Positions 18,902 through 27,384 of a stretch of 64,000 nt of DNA are shown here, in pieces. Position numbers and translations under genes: made by a program. The notes below the pieces were generated by a model. That model made no database searches. It saw nothing but the letters and a program-made list of their open reading frames with translations, and had not been told where the DNA came from. Numbering within the stretch: position 1 is the stretch's first letter; each line of letters starts with the position of its first letter. The DNA is taken from positions 30,691-94,690 of the forward strand of contig CAZJWR010000002.1 of NCBI GenBank assembly GCA_964549765.1, in the 5' to 3' direction. This DNA comes from an uncultured Ignavibacteriales bacterium. GTDB lineage: Bacteria; Zixibacteria; MSB-5A5; GN15; JAAZOE01.

Positions 18902-20112
18902 TTCCGGCTCCCTCCGTCCGTGACTTTGAGGACTGCGGCGATGCCGACATCGCCCGCAGCGCAGCCGAAGACCAGCGCGTACCCACCGCCGAGATCGACG
19001 GTTTCCTCCAGAGCTTCAATTATCACCCTGGTCAGAGTCGGTCCCTGGGGATGTCCCCATACCAGCGGGCAGCCGGTGGTGTTCATCTTGTGCCAATCGC
19101 AGTCGAACACTTTGGCGAAGATGACATCGTTGACGGCGAACGGATTATGATTTTTCATGACGGCCATATCGTCTATGGTCAGGCCGGTTTTGTCGAACAA
19201 TTTTTGAACCGCCAAAACAGGCGCTTCCGGCATGAGGCTGGGAAGAGTCCGCACTTCGGCTTTGGCAATGATCTGAATATCTATTTCCGGTCGCGGGCTC
19301 AACTCGCGCGCCTTCTCTTTGGTTGTCACCAGCAAGGTCGCCATGCCGTCGGAAGCGTGCGTTTGTGTTCCCGCCGTAACGCAGGTATCGAGTTCGCGCA
19401 TGGTCCTCAGACTATCGAGGGTAATCTGCCGGACGCCCATATCGGAATCGATCCTTCCCAGCGGGCGGCCCTGAATGTTGAGCACATCGAGCGGCACCAG
19501 GACCTTATCGAGAAATCCCGAATTTTTCGCCTCGAAATACTGCTGGTAGCGATAGAAAGCCAGCTCGTCCACTTCCCGGCGATCGGTCTTGTACTTGCGG
19601 GCCGATTGTCCGGCACAGGCGATCATGGCGTTACCGGTGGCGGGATCGAAGCCGAAGTTGTCCCAGACGTCGCTGAGCACTTCGGTCCGGCGGTAAGCGC
19701 GGCGTTCGGGAAAGACGCCAACGGGTGAATCGCTGGTGCGATCGAAGGTCAGCACGCCGACGACATCGTTCGATCCGCCCTGCACCTCGGCGGCAGCCGC
19801 AACGACCGCTTGAAGTCCGGTGGCGCAGGCCTGTTCCATATGGTAACCGGGGATTCGCCGTCCCAGGCAACTGGAGACGAGGGGCGCCGTCCAGAATTTG
19901 AAATGCCAGGGGATGGTTGATCCGATAATGAGGTAGTCGAGTTCACTGGTGGGGATTTTGCGCAGTCCCATGATTCTGCTCATGGCTTCGCCGGCGAACT
20001 GGCCGATATTGACTTCCGCCAAGGCGGACATCTGCCAGGCCGGGAAATAACTGCTGCCCCAGGCGCCATAGGGGACTCTCGCATCGGCGAACCGTGGAGC
20101 CGTTTCTTTCAT
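18898..20112 (-). CDS. thiolase-family acyl-CoA acyltransferase
   Basis: The start at 20112 (MKETAP...) has AAGGAG 6 nt upstream. The thiolase fold is seen in ...MEQACATGLQAV... and the C-terminal ...NTTGCPLVWGHPQGPTLTR...GCAAGD. Confidence 0.75.
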   Translation of the reverse strand: MKETAPRFADARVPYGAWGSSYFPAWQMSALAEVNIGQFAGEAMSRIMGLRKIPTSELDYLIIGSTIPWHFKFWTAPLVSSCLGRRIPGYHMEQACATGLQAVVAAAAEVQGGSNDVVGVLTFDRTSDSPVGVFPERRAYRRTEVLSDVWDNFGFDPATGNAMIACAGQSARKYKTDRREVDELAFYRYQQYFEAKNSGFLDKVLVPLDVLNIQGRPLGRIDSDMGVRQITLDSLRTMRELDTCVTAGTQTHASDGMATLLVTTKEKARELSPRPEIDIQIIAKAEVRTLPSLMPEAPVLAVQKLFDKTGLTIDDMAVMKNHNPFAVNDVIFAKVFDCDWHKMNTTGCPLVWGHPQGPTLTRVIIEALEETVDLGGGYALVFGCAAGDVGIAAVLKVTDGGSRK

Positions 20113-20447
20113 TACCAACTCCTTCGATCGTAATTTATGTGGTGCAGATGGTGCAAATCGCTCATGACGTCCGGATAAGCCGTTTCGGCGAGAAAAATCG
20201 CCGATGGGGAGAATGTCCATTCGCTCGCGACAGATACCGGGGATTCCATGTCTTCAAACCGCCTTCCGCTGCTTATCCCTGAACAACGTACCCGAAGCGG
20301 CCGAATAGGTTGCGTGAATTCGACGTCTCCGGATCGGTCATCTTATGTCCTGATTTACCATCCTAATGAAAATCGACCTTCGTCGCAAGCGATTTTTGGT
20401 TTTCCCTGACGTGCGCGATCACGCGTCGGGCCGCAACAGCGGCGGGT

Positions 20448-21662
20448 TCACGGATAAAATCGGGAATCTATTATTTCCACGACAACCGCCTCGCCTTTGC
20501 CGATTGTCCTGCTTCCGCCCTCGGTCAATATCAGGCCGTTGATTCCCCGGATGGACGATAATCTTCCCGATTCCTGCCCAATCACCGGATGAGCGACCAC
20601 GCCATTGTCTGTCGATTCCAGTCTGGCGCCGATGATCATGAACCGGTTTCCCGATATGTGGAGGTCATCACCCAGCGTGGCCGATATCACACGCCGCTGA
20701 TGCGGAATGCCGCACAGCAGAGAGATTATCCGCTTTACATAGAGATGGTATCCCACCACGGCGCTGACCGGGTTGCCAGGCAGGCTGATCAGCCAACGGC
20801 CGCCGAAAGAAGCTATCAGCGTCGGTTTGCCCGGCTTGACGGCGAGCTTGTGGAAGAGAATGTCTCCGCCCATCCTCTCCACCACGCCGGGAATGTAATC
20901 ATAATCACCCATCGATACGCCCCCGGTGGAGATAACCAGATCGTGACGTTCGAGCAGGCTCCGAAGTCTATTACCGAAGCTATCGCGATCGTTGGGAGAA
21001 ACTCGTTCACGTATGTCCACCGGGAAAATGTCGTTCAGCAGCAGAGCATACAGCGAAGCGAGATTGGCGTCGTAGATTTGCCCGTAAGCCAGCTTTTCGC
21101 CCGGTGCGACGATCTCCGGGCCGGTGGATATGACGGCAGTTCGCGGTTTCGGGATGATCGACACTTCGGTCATGCCCAATGACGCGAGTATCCCGATGTC
21201 AGGCGGCTGCAAAATGTTCCCATCCTCGAAGATCATCTGGCCGGCGGTCATATCATTCCCAAATGGCCTGACGAAATCTCCCCGGCGCGGCATACTTCGG
21301 ATTAAGGCATGGTCGGATTCGACGGCGATGTCTTCAATCTTTATGACCGTATCGGCTCCCTGTGGCAGCGGCGCACCGGTCATGATTTTGCAGACATGGC
21401 CGTCTTTCAGCGTCGGCGGTTCTGTGGGGCCAGCGGCAATAATCGATTGGATGGGCAGCCGCCACGGTCCGTCGCCGTCGATATCGGCGATACGGACGGC
21501 GATGCCGTCCATGGAGGAGGCCGGAAATTCTGGGACATTGATGGCCGCAATGATATTTTCGGCGATACGGCAGCCGATGGCTTGATCCAATGGCACGCGC
21601 GCCGGCGGAAGGTGTTTCACCGCCGCGTCGATTCGCGACCAGGCTTCGTGCAAAGTAATCAT
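20448..21662 (-). CDS. moeA: molybdopterin molybdotransferase MoeA
   Basis: 404 aa. ...FPASSMDGIAVR..., KIMTGAPLPQGADTVI and STGGVSMGDYDY are MoeA hallmarks. Confidence 0.85.
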   Translation of the reverse strand: MITLHEAWSRIDAAVKHLPPARVPLDQAIGCRIAENIIAAINVPEFPASSMDGIAVRIADIDGDGPWRLPIQSIIAAGPTEPPTLKDGHVCKIMTGAPLPQGADTVIKIEDIAVESDHALIRSMPRRGDFVRPFGNDMTAGQMIFEDGNILQPPDIGILASLGMTEVSIIPKPRTAVISTGPEIVAPGEKLAYGQIYDANLASLYALLLNDIFPVDIRERVSPNDRDSFGNRLRSLLERHDLVISTGGVSMGDYDYIPGVVERMGGDILFHKLAVKPGKPTLIASFGGRWLISLPGNPVSAVVGYHLYVKRIISLLCGIPHQRRVISATLGDDLHISGNRFMIIGARLESTDNGVVAHPVIGQESGRLSSIRGINGLILTEGGSRTIGKGEAVVVEIIDSRFYP

Positions 21663-21663
21663 A

Positions 21664-22098
21664 TTATTCTATAATCCTGATCATGTCGCCTTCGGCCAGG
21701 ACACCGCCTTTGATGACGCGGGCGAACAGACCCTCGCGGGGCATGATGCAATCTCCGACCGTTTCCCTGATTATACATCCGTGGTGGCAATCCTTGCCTA
21801 CCTGGACGATTTTGAGGATGACGGTGTCTCCCAGGGCCAGCTTTGTCCCGACTCCGATGTTTTCGAAGTCCATGCCGACGGTGGTGATGTTTTCGCCGAA
21901 GTCGCCCGGATGCAGGTCCATGCCTTCTGTCGTTAGCTTCCGGAAGCTTTCATACGGGAGCAGACTGATAGCTCGAGCCGTCCCGGCATGGGCGTCGCCG
22001 TCGATCCCCTGCAACGTTACCATGACGCCGGGCACATTTGTCTTTTTCGTGCCTTTCTCATGCGAAACCGACAAGCGGAAAATCGATGCCGTTGCCAT
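21664..22098 (-). CDS. MOSC domain-containing protein
   Basis: ...GIDGDAHAG...PGDFGENITTVG...LKIVQVGKDCHH... is MOSC-like. The start at 22098 (MATASI) is preferred because GAAGG lies upstream. The alternative ATG at 22152 has no visible SD. Confidence 0.65.
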   Translation of the reverse strand: MATASIFRLSVSHEKGTKKTNVPGVMVTLQGIDGDAHAGTARAISLLPYESFRKLTTEGMDLHPGDFGENITTVGMDFENIGVGTKLALGDTVILKIVQVGKDCHHGCIIRETVGDCIMPREGLFARVIKGGVLAEGDMIRIIE

Positions 22099-22155
22099 TT
22101 TCTTACCTTCACCGGCGGATCGGTGTCCTTTTGTCAGATGACTTCGCGGCATAAT

Positions 22156-22647
22156 CTAATCGGTTTTCTCCCTGATCCAGCGGCCGTTTCGCCCGCCACC
22201 TTTTTCTTCCAGGCGGATCGAATCAATGGTCATGTTTCTGTCCACCGCTTTGCCCATGTCGTAAATCGTCAGCGCCGCCGCCGATACCGCCGTCAGCGCT
22301 TCCATTTCGACGCCGGTCTTGTAATGCGTGCGGGCCTCGGCCCGTATTTCCACCGATGGTGGATTATTCTTCAATTCCAGTTCGACCGATACGAACGTCA
22401 GCGGCAGGGTGTGGCAGAGGGGGATGATATCGGACGTCTTCTTGGCGGCCTGAATGCCCGCTATCCGCGCCGCCGCGAACGCGTCGCCTTTTTTGAGAGT
22501 ATGGTCGCGGAGTTGCCGATAAAGTTCCTCTGAGATCAGTACTTTCCCCGAGGCAATCGCATAACGATCCGTGTTCGGCTTGTCGCCGACATCGACCATG
22601 CGAGCGGCGCCCTTTTCATCGACGTGAGTCAGTTTCTTCTCTTTCAT
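22156..22647 (-). CDS. moaC: cyclic pyranopterin monophosphate synthase MoaC
   Basis: ...MVDVGDKP...KKGDAFAAARIAGIQAAKKTSDIIPLCHTLPL...TGVEMEALTAVSAAALTIYDM... is a canonical MoaC sequence. Confidence 0.9.
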   Translation of the reverse strand: MKEKKLTHVDEKGAARMVDVGDKPNTDRYAIASGKVLISEELYRQLRDHTLKKGDAFAAARIAGIQAAKKTSDIIPLCHTLPLTFVSVELELKNNPPSVEIRAEARTHYKTGVEMEALTAVSAAALTIYDMGKAVDRNMTIDSIRLEEKGGGRNGRWIREKTD

Positions 22648-23651
22648 CCTCCGACCCTCCGCATGGACGGATTGCCGTCGACGCTGGTTTGTTCGCGTCT
22701 CGTGCTCCGGAATCCGGGTGTCATGATGACGTTGCGGATGAATTCGGCAATTTTGTCAGCGCTCGCGCCATCACGAATGAGCGGAATTAAATCGATTGAG
22801 ACATTTCCGAACAGGCAGCCGACGAGTTGGCCCGAAGATGTCAACCGCAGGCGATTGCATCGGGCGCAGAAGTCACGGGATATGGCCGAGATAAAACCAA
22901 TGCGGCCGGGAAAACCGGGCACGTGGTATCTCACCGCAGGGCCGGAATTGTTATCGTTCGGTGGCGTTTCTTCAAGATCCAGACCGATTCGCGCTCTCAT
23001 TTCATCCTCGCCGACAAAACGTTCCTGCTTCCATCCCGATCCACAGGCGGGCATGAATTCAATGAAACGCAATTCGAGCCGGCGGTCCAGCGCCCATGCG
23101 GCGAAGCGGTGGATTTCGCCATCGTTGATTCCTCGCATAACGACCGTGTTCACCCTTACCCGGTCGAACGCTCCGCTCTTTTCGGCATTCGTAATTGCCG
23201 CATAGGTCTGTTCGAAGCGGTCGAATCCGGTGAGGTGTCGGAAGGTATCCCGATTCAGCGTGTCGAGGCTGATATTGAGACGATTCAAACCGGCGTCAGC
23301 CAACAATGGGAGCATCGGTTCCAATAATAGGCCATTGGTTGTCAGCCCGATCAGAGAAATTCCATCCAATGCCGATGTTTGCCTGACAAGATCGACGATG
23401 CCTTGTCGCAAGAGCGGTTCGCCGCCGGTGAATCTGATTTTTGTGATACCAGTCGATGCGAATGATCGCAGCAAATGAAGAAGTTCCGTATCGGATAGTT
23501 GCCGGCCCTCGTTTGCAGGTGCGGTTTCCGACCCATAGCAGTACCGGCATCGGAGGTTGCATTGTTGCGTCAGGGAAACGCGCAGGTAGGTGATGGTACG
23601 ACCCATCGGATCGACCAATTGAGCCGGTGATGTCATTCGTTGCGATATCAT
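22644..23651 (-). CDS. moaA: GTP 3',8-cyclase MoaA (radical SAM)
   Basis: The start at 23651 forms an ATGA overlap with the upstream stop. LRVSLTQQCNLRCRYCY is the CxxxCxxC radical SAM motif. The C-terminal CARCNRLRLTSSG is the second-cluster motif. The 104-aa N-terminal extension in the track ORF overlaps the upstream gene and was rejected. Confidence 0.88.
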   Translation of the reverse strand: MISQRMTSPAQLVDPMGRTITYLRVSLTQQCNLRCRYCYGSETAPANEGRQLSDTELLHLLRSFASTGITKIRFTGGEPLLRQGIVDLVRQTSALDGISLIGLTTNGLLLEPMLPLLADAGLNRLNISLDTLNRDTFRHLTGFDRFEQTYAAITNAEKSGAFDRVRVNTVVMRGINDGEIHRFAAWALDRRLELRFIEFMPACGSGWKQERFVGEDEMRARIGLDLEETPPNDNNSGPAVRYHVPGFPGRIGFISAISRDFCARCNRLRLTSSGQLVGCLFGNVSIDLIPLIRDGASADKIAEFIRNVIMTPGFRSTRREQTSVDGNPSMRRVGG

Positions 23652-24157
23652 GGATCGGGTGTTTCCCCGTTTATCAGTTCCAGGGCATGTTCCAGAGCCG
23701 GTTCGATGACCTGCAGATTTTCCAGAGCGCCTTTCGGGCTTCCCGGTAAATCGATGATCAGGCTGCCGCCGACGCAGCCGACCACGGCCCGGGAGAGGGC
23801 CGCATACGGCGTTTTTTCGAATGATGCGTGGCGCATGACCTCTTCCAGGCCGGGAATGCGCCGTTCGATGATGTCCAGGGTGGCTTCGGGTGTGACATCG
23901 GTCGGGGCAAGTCCGGTGCCGCCCGATACCAGGATCAGGTGAATTCCGTCTTTGTGTACCCATCTCCTGAGAATCGTGACGATGGCCTGCCGGTCATCCG
24001 GGGCGATTTCCAGAAAACCGACACGGTAGCCGCAATCCTCGAGAAAGTCTTTCAAGCCCGGCCCCGTGCGGTCGGCGCGCTCGCCGCGATATGCCCGATC
24101 GCTGGCGATCAGAACGGCGGCGTCGAATCGGCTGATTTTTGACGGATGCGGAGTCAT
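23648..24157 (-). CDS. moaB: MoaB/MogA-family molybdenum cofactor biosynthesis protein
   Basis: 169 aa. ...AVLIASDRAY..., ILVSGGTGLAPTDVTPEA and ...PGSPKGA... are MoCF_biosynth domain motifs. Confidence 0.8.
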   Translation of the reverse strand: MTPHPSKISRFDAAVLIASDRAYRGERADRTGPGLKDFLEDCGYRVGFLEIAPDDRQAIVTILRRWVHKDGIHLILVSGGTGLAPTDVTPEATLDIIERRIPGLEEVMRHASFEKTPYAALSRAVVGCVGGSLIIDLPGSPKGALENLQVIEPALEHALELINGETPDP

Positions 24158-24162
24158 GGAAA

Positions 24163-24417
24163 TCAGGCCTCGAACATATCATCATCGGCGTTTTGCGCGG
24201 AGGGTTCTTTTCTGGTGAAAATCATCACCGTCTCATCGGGGCCGCCGTCAAAGCAGACGGTGCATCCGTCCAGCTCCAATTCTTTCACAGGGACCGTCTT
24301 GACCTCAAAACCGAGGGTGCGATAATTTTCGACGGCTTCCCGCAGGCGGGCGCCCGAGGCGGTAAATTGCTGAATCCATCCTTCGGATTTCAATTTGTCG
24401 ATAAGGTTTGCGCTCAT
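24163..24417 (-). CDS. small hypothetical protein (84 aa) with a single CxxC
   Basis: The ORF has a purine-rich SD region (GGGAGGGAAGGA) upstream. It is packed 5 nt before moaB. It contains ELDGCTVCFDG and an acidic C-terminus. No family was recognised. Confidence 0.5.
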   Translation of the reverse strand: MSANLIDKLKSEGWIQQFTASGARLREAVENYRTLGFEVKTVPVKELELDGCTVCFDGGPDETVMIFTRKEPSAQNADDDMFEA

Positions 24418-24483
24418 GCGGATGACTATCCTTCCCTCCCCACCGTCCCATTCATATATACGTCGCCCCGGCCGGTACGGAGA

Positions 24484-27021
24484 TTAAAACAAATCGTCCA
24501 AATCGTCGTCTCCGCCGCCGCCCGGCAACTCTCCGTATTTTTGAAGATACTGCTGGATCAGTTCGCTTTCGCGTTTGGTGTACATGGGGTTGGCTTCCCA
24601 GATAAACCACCGGGCGTCGCCGGGATTTCCAAGGCAATCCCGAAGACCCTGCCGTATGTCGGCCGTTCCCGAAATGCGGATCACTTTTTTGTCGGAATCA
24701 AGCAGTTGGAAAACACCTTCCGTTTCGGGTACGGCATCGACGGCGTCGGCAGCCAGCGGCAGCCATTTTTCCGGCGGCAGGGTGACCGGCATGATCATCT
24801 TTCTGAGATAGCAATGCAAACACCGCTGGGCTTCGGATATCGCCGCTTGTTCGGAAAGGGTTTGCTGGATCAAGCCGAATCCCGATTTTCGTACGTCGGG
24901 AATTTCCGTGATCGGCATTTGCCGCGATTGCGCGAAATTTGCCACGGAGAAGCCCGGTTCCGATCCGGTGAATCCGGCCGGGGTGTGATCGGTGTCGGCG
25001 AGGCCGTTTCCGCCGAGGAAGCGGTCGATGATATCGGCGACTTTTCTGCCATCGGCGACGGAGTCAACGACCGAAGACGGTCCGCGCACGACATCCCCGA
25101 CGGCGAAAACACCCTCATGCCCGAGGGCAAAATCTTTGTCCACTTTCAGCGTATGGCCGGGGCCTTTCGTTATCGTGGTATCGTCTGCCATCAGTTCGGG
25201 GTCACCCTGTTGTCCGATGTTGACGATGACCGCATCCGCATCGATATGGGTTATGTCGTTCTCGTCATACTCTGGATCGAACCGGCCCTGGCTGTCGAAA
25301 ACGCGAGTGCATTTTTTCAAATCGATTCCCGATACCCGATTCTGATCCACGGTGAAGGCTTTCGGACCAAGGCTGGTGTGGATCGTTATGCCTTCCTCTT
25401 CGGCCTGGGCGATCTCCCAGTCGTGGGCGGGCATCTCGTCGCGCGATTCCAGACACACCATATCGACCGATTGTGCACCCAGCCGCAAAGCGGTCATGGC
25501 CGCATCGATTGCCACGTTGCCGCCGCCGATAACCACGACCCGGCCGTCGAGATGCGGTTTATGTGATGACTTGGCCGATTTCAAAAATTCGAGCCCGGCG
25601 TATATGCCGTCGCTGTCGGAATTTTCGATTGATAGTTTTTTGCTCACCGTCACGCCGGCGGCGATAAGCACGGCATCAAACCCCTGAGACTTGAGATCGG
25701 CGGCCGGATTGCCGCCGTTGAAACGATGATCCATATGAAAAGAGATTCCGAGACCATCCAGAATCTTTAACTCTCGGTCCAGTACGTCGGCAGGCAGGCG
25801 ATAATCGGGGATGCCGTAGCGCAGCATCCCGCCCGGTTTGCTTTCCCGGTCGAAAAGATCGACGTGATGTCCCTGGCGGGCCAGATAGTACGCCGCCGTA
25901 AGGCCGGCCGGGCCGGAGCCGACGATGGCGACTTTCTTTCCGGTGTCGGAGAGTTTTTCGATTGCCTGCGATGCTTCGTCGAGCACATTATCGGCGACAA
26001 AACGCTTGAGATCGCATATGGCGACCGGCTGATCAAGTTCCCCTCGGCGGCATAAACCCTCGCAGGGATGAAAACAGACATATCCGAGTATGCCGGGAAA
26101 CGGCACGCGGGAACGGATAATATCCAGTGCTTCACGATAATTACCCGAGGCGATAGCTTGGACATACTGCGGGATATCTATTCCCGCAGGGCAATTGGCC
26201 GCGCAGGGAACGGGCGCGTCGCGGCGCACGGCCGGGACGCCGTCTTTATCGCGCAAAGCTCCGGTAGGACAGATTTCCACGCATGCCCCGCAGAACCGGC
26301 ATTGAGCGTCCTTTAGGCTGGCTCCGTTGACGGTTCCGACCCATGCCCGACCGTCCTTCCATGTGGCGCCCAGTATATTGCGATCATGCGCCAAGGTGCA
26401 GATTCGGACACACCTCAGGCAGCCGATACACAGGTTGTAGTCGCGGATATATAATGGATCGTCGGTGATGATCGGGCGCTGAACCGGTATGTAGCGCTGG
26501 GTATCGCCGGGGATACCGATGAAATCGGCGACCTTCTCCAATTCGCATCGGCCCAGCAAGACGCAGCATCGTTCCTCGACGGCGACGTTCGACGAGCAAT
26601 CGGCGCGGCTGCAACCTTCTTTCTGAGCGCAGGTCAGGCAGGCGTGGGGGTGATCGGCGAGTAGTCTCGCCAGAGCCTGCTTCCGGCGGCTTATGACCGT
26701 GTCGGTATCAGTGCGAATGATCATTCCGTCTTCGGCGGGCGTGATGCAGGAATTGACCGGTTCGGGTTTACCGTCGATCTCGACCAGACACAGGTTGCAA
26801 TGCGCCTCGGTTTCGGATTCCGAAGCGGGCGTTCCCCCGGTGATTTCGGTCGTTCCCTGATGAATCGTATCCGCCCATGTCATTTCGCTCACCGGGGGCA
26901 GATCGGGATGATAGCACATGCGAGGGATGAATATCCCGGCGGCGTCAGCGGCCTGAAGGAGGGTGCATCCTTCGGCGCATGAGACGGTTTGACCGTCAAT
27001 CGTAATAGACAGCATAGCCAT
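24484..27021 (-). CDS. multidomain Fe-S flavoprotein: 2Fe-2S ferredoxin + NuoG/HndD-like Fe-S domains + 2x[4Fe-4S] + GltD-like NAD(P)H-dependent FAD oxidoreductase, with an unassigned C-terminal extension
   Basis: The N-terminus is SITIDGQTVSCAEGCTLL...CNLCLVEIDG...HPHACLTC. CIGCLRCVRIC and CRFCGACVEICP are 4Fe-4S motifs. VAIVGSGPAGLTAAYYLAR...VVVIGGGNVAIDAA are the two dinucleotide folds of the glutamate-synthase small-subunit family. Confidence 0.75.
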   Translation of the reverse strand: MAMLSITIDGQTVSCAEGCTLLQAADAAGIFIPRMCYHPDLPPVSEMTWADTIHQGTTEITGGTPASESETEAHCNLCLVEIDGKPEPVNSCITPAEDGMIIRTDTDTVISRRKQALARLLADHPHACLTCAQKEGCSRADCSSNVAVEERCCVLLGRCELEKVADFIGIPGDTQRYIPVQRPIITDDPLYIRDYNLCIGCLRCVRICTLAHDRNILGATWKDGRAWVGTVNGASLKDAQCRFCGACVEICPTGALRDKDGVPAVRRDAPVPCAANCPAGIDIPQYVQAIASGNYREALDIIRSRVPFPGILGYVCFHPCEGLCRRGELDQPVAICDLKRFVADNVLDEASQAIEKLSDTGKKVAIVGSGPAGLTAAYYLARQGHHVDLFDRESKPGGMLRYGIPDYRLPADVLDRELKILDGLGISFHMDHRFNGGNPAADLKSQGFDAVLIAAGVTVSKKLSIENSDSDGIYAGLEFLKSAKSSHKPHLDGRVVVIGGGNVAIDAAMTALRLGAQSVDMVCLESRDEMPAHDWEIAQAEEEGITIHTSLGPKAFTVDQNRVSGIDLKKCTRVFDSQGRFDPEYDENDITHIDADAVIVNIGQQGDPELMADDTTITKGPGHTLKVDKDFALGHEGVFAVGDVVRGPSSVVDSVADGRKVADIIDRFLGGNGLADTDHTPAGFTGSEPGFSVANFAQSRQMPITEIPDVRKSGFGLIQQTLSEQAAISEAQRCLHCYLRKMIMPVTLPPEKWLPLAADAVDAVPETEGVFQLLDSDKKVIRISGTADIRQGLRDCLGNPGDARWFIWEANPMYTKRESELIQQYLQKYGELPGGGGDDDLDDLF

Positions 27022-27102
27022 AGCGATGTTTCAACCTGTGTGAAGAGGCAAAATCAATAAAATTCGGCGCAGTCAAATCCGACGTGCGATGCCGTCCGGC
27101 GG

Positions 27103-27384
27103 CTACCACGAATGGGAAATCGCGCCGGGGGTGCAGGCGACGACACACGGCAACGGGGGCCGGTCGGCCGTCGGCTTGCACGGGCCGCAGTCATATTTGA
27201 CTTTCTTGCGGTGCTCTTCCTTGATAGCGGCGACTTCGTCATCATAATCGTCGACGATAATTTCGAACATGCCCACCGGGCAGGCGCCAACGCACGGGTG
27301 ATCGCCGCATTCAAGGCAGCGATCAGTGTCTATCGTGATGAAAAAGTTGCCGCTGCCGTCCATATATCCGTAATTGGCCTTCAC
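27103..27384 (-). CDS. ferredoxin-like 2x[4Fe-4S]-type protein with atypical Cys spacing (BzdM/Fdx-like by position)
   Basis: 93 aa if the GTG at 27384 (GTGA overlap with the upstream stop) is used; an alternative ATG lies at 27363. The Cys motifs are CLECGDHPCVGACP and CGPCKP...CVVACTPGA. It lies directly downstream of the four reductase subunits. Confidence 0.6.
   Translation of the reverse strand: MKANYGYMDGSGNFFITIDTDRCLECGDHPCVGACPVGMFEIIVDDYDDEVAAIKEEHRKKVKYDCGPCKPTADRPPLPCVVACTPGAISHSW

Noticed and set aside
20113-20447. Sigma54-type promoter upstream of the thiolase operon.
   Set aside because: I saw only TTGCACC/TGCACC fragments. No TGGCAC-N5-TTGC arrangement could be aligned on the minus strand.
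22644-23963. 439-aa version of the moaA ORF, and likewise the 461-aa version of the set-2 OFOR alpha ORF (38472..39857) and the 310-aa version of the set-1 beta ORF (40820..41752).
   Set aside because: The N-terminal extensions overlap the preceding well-supported genes and are Arg/Gly/Pro-rich. Internal starts give canonical N-termini and classical ATGA/TGATG translational coupling.
24158-24483. Moco riboswitch upstream of the moa genes.
   Set aside because: There is essentially no non-coding space. moaB starts 5 nt after the 84-aa ORF, and that ORF starts 66 nt after the oxidoreductase. No Moco-motif-like structure was seen.
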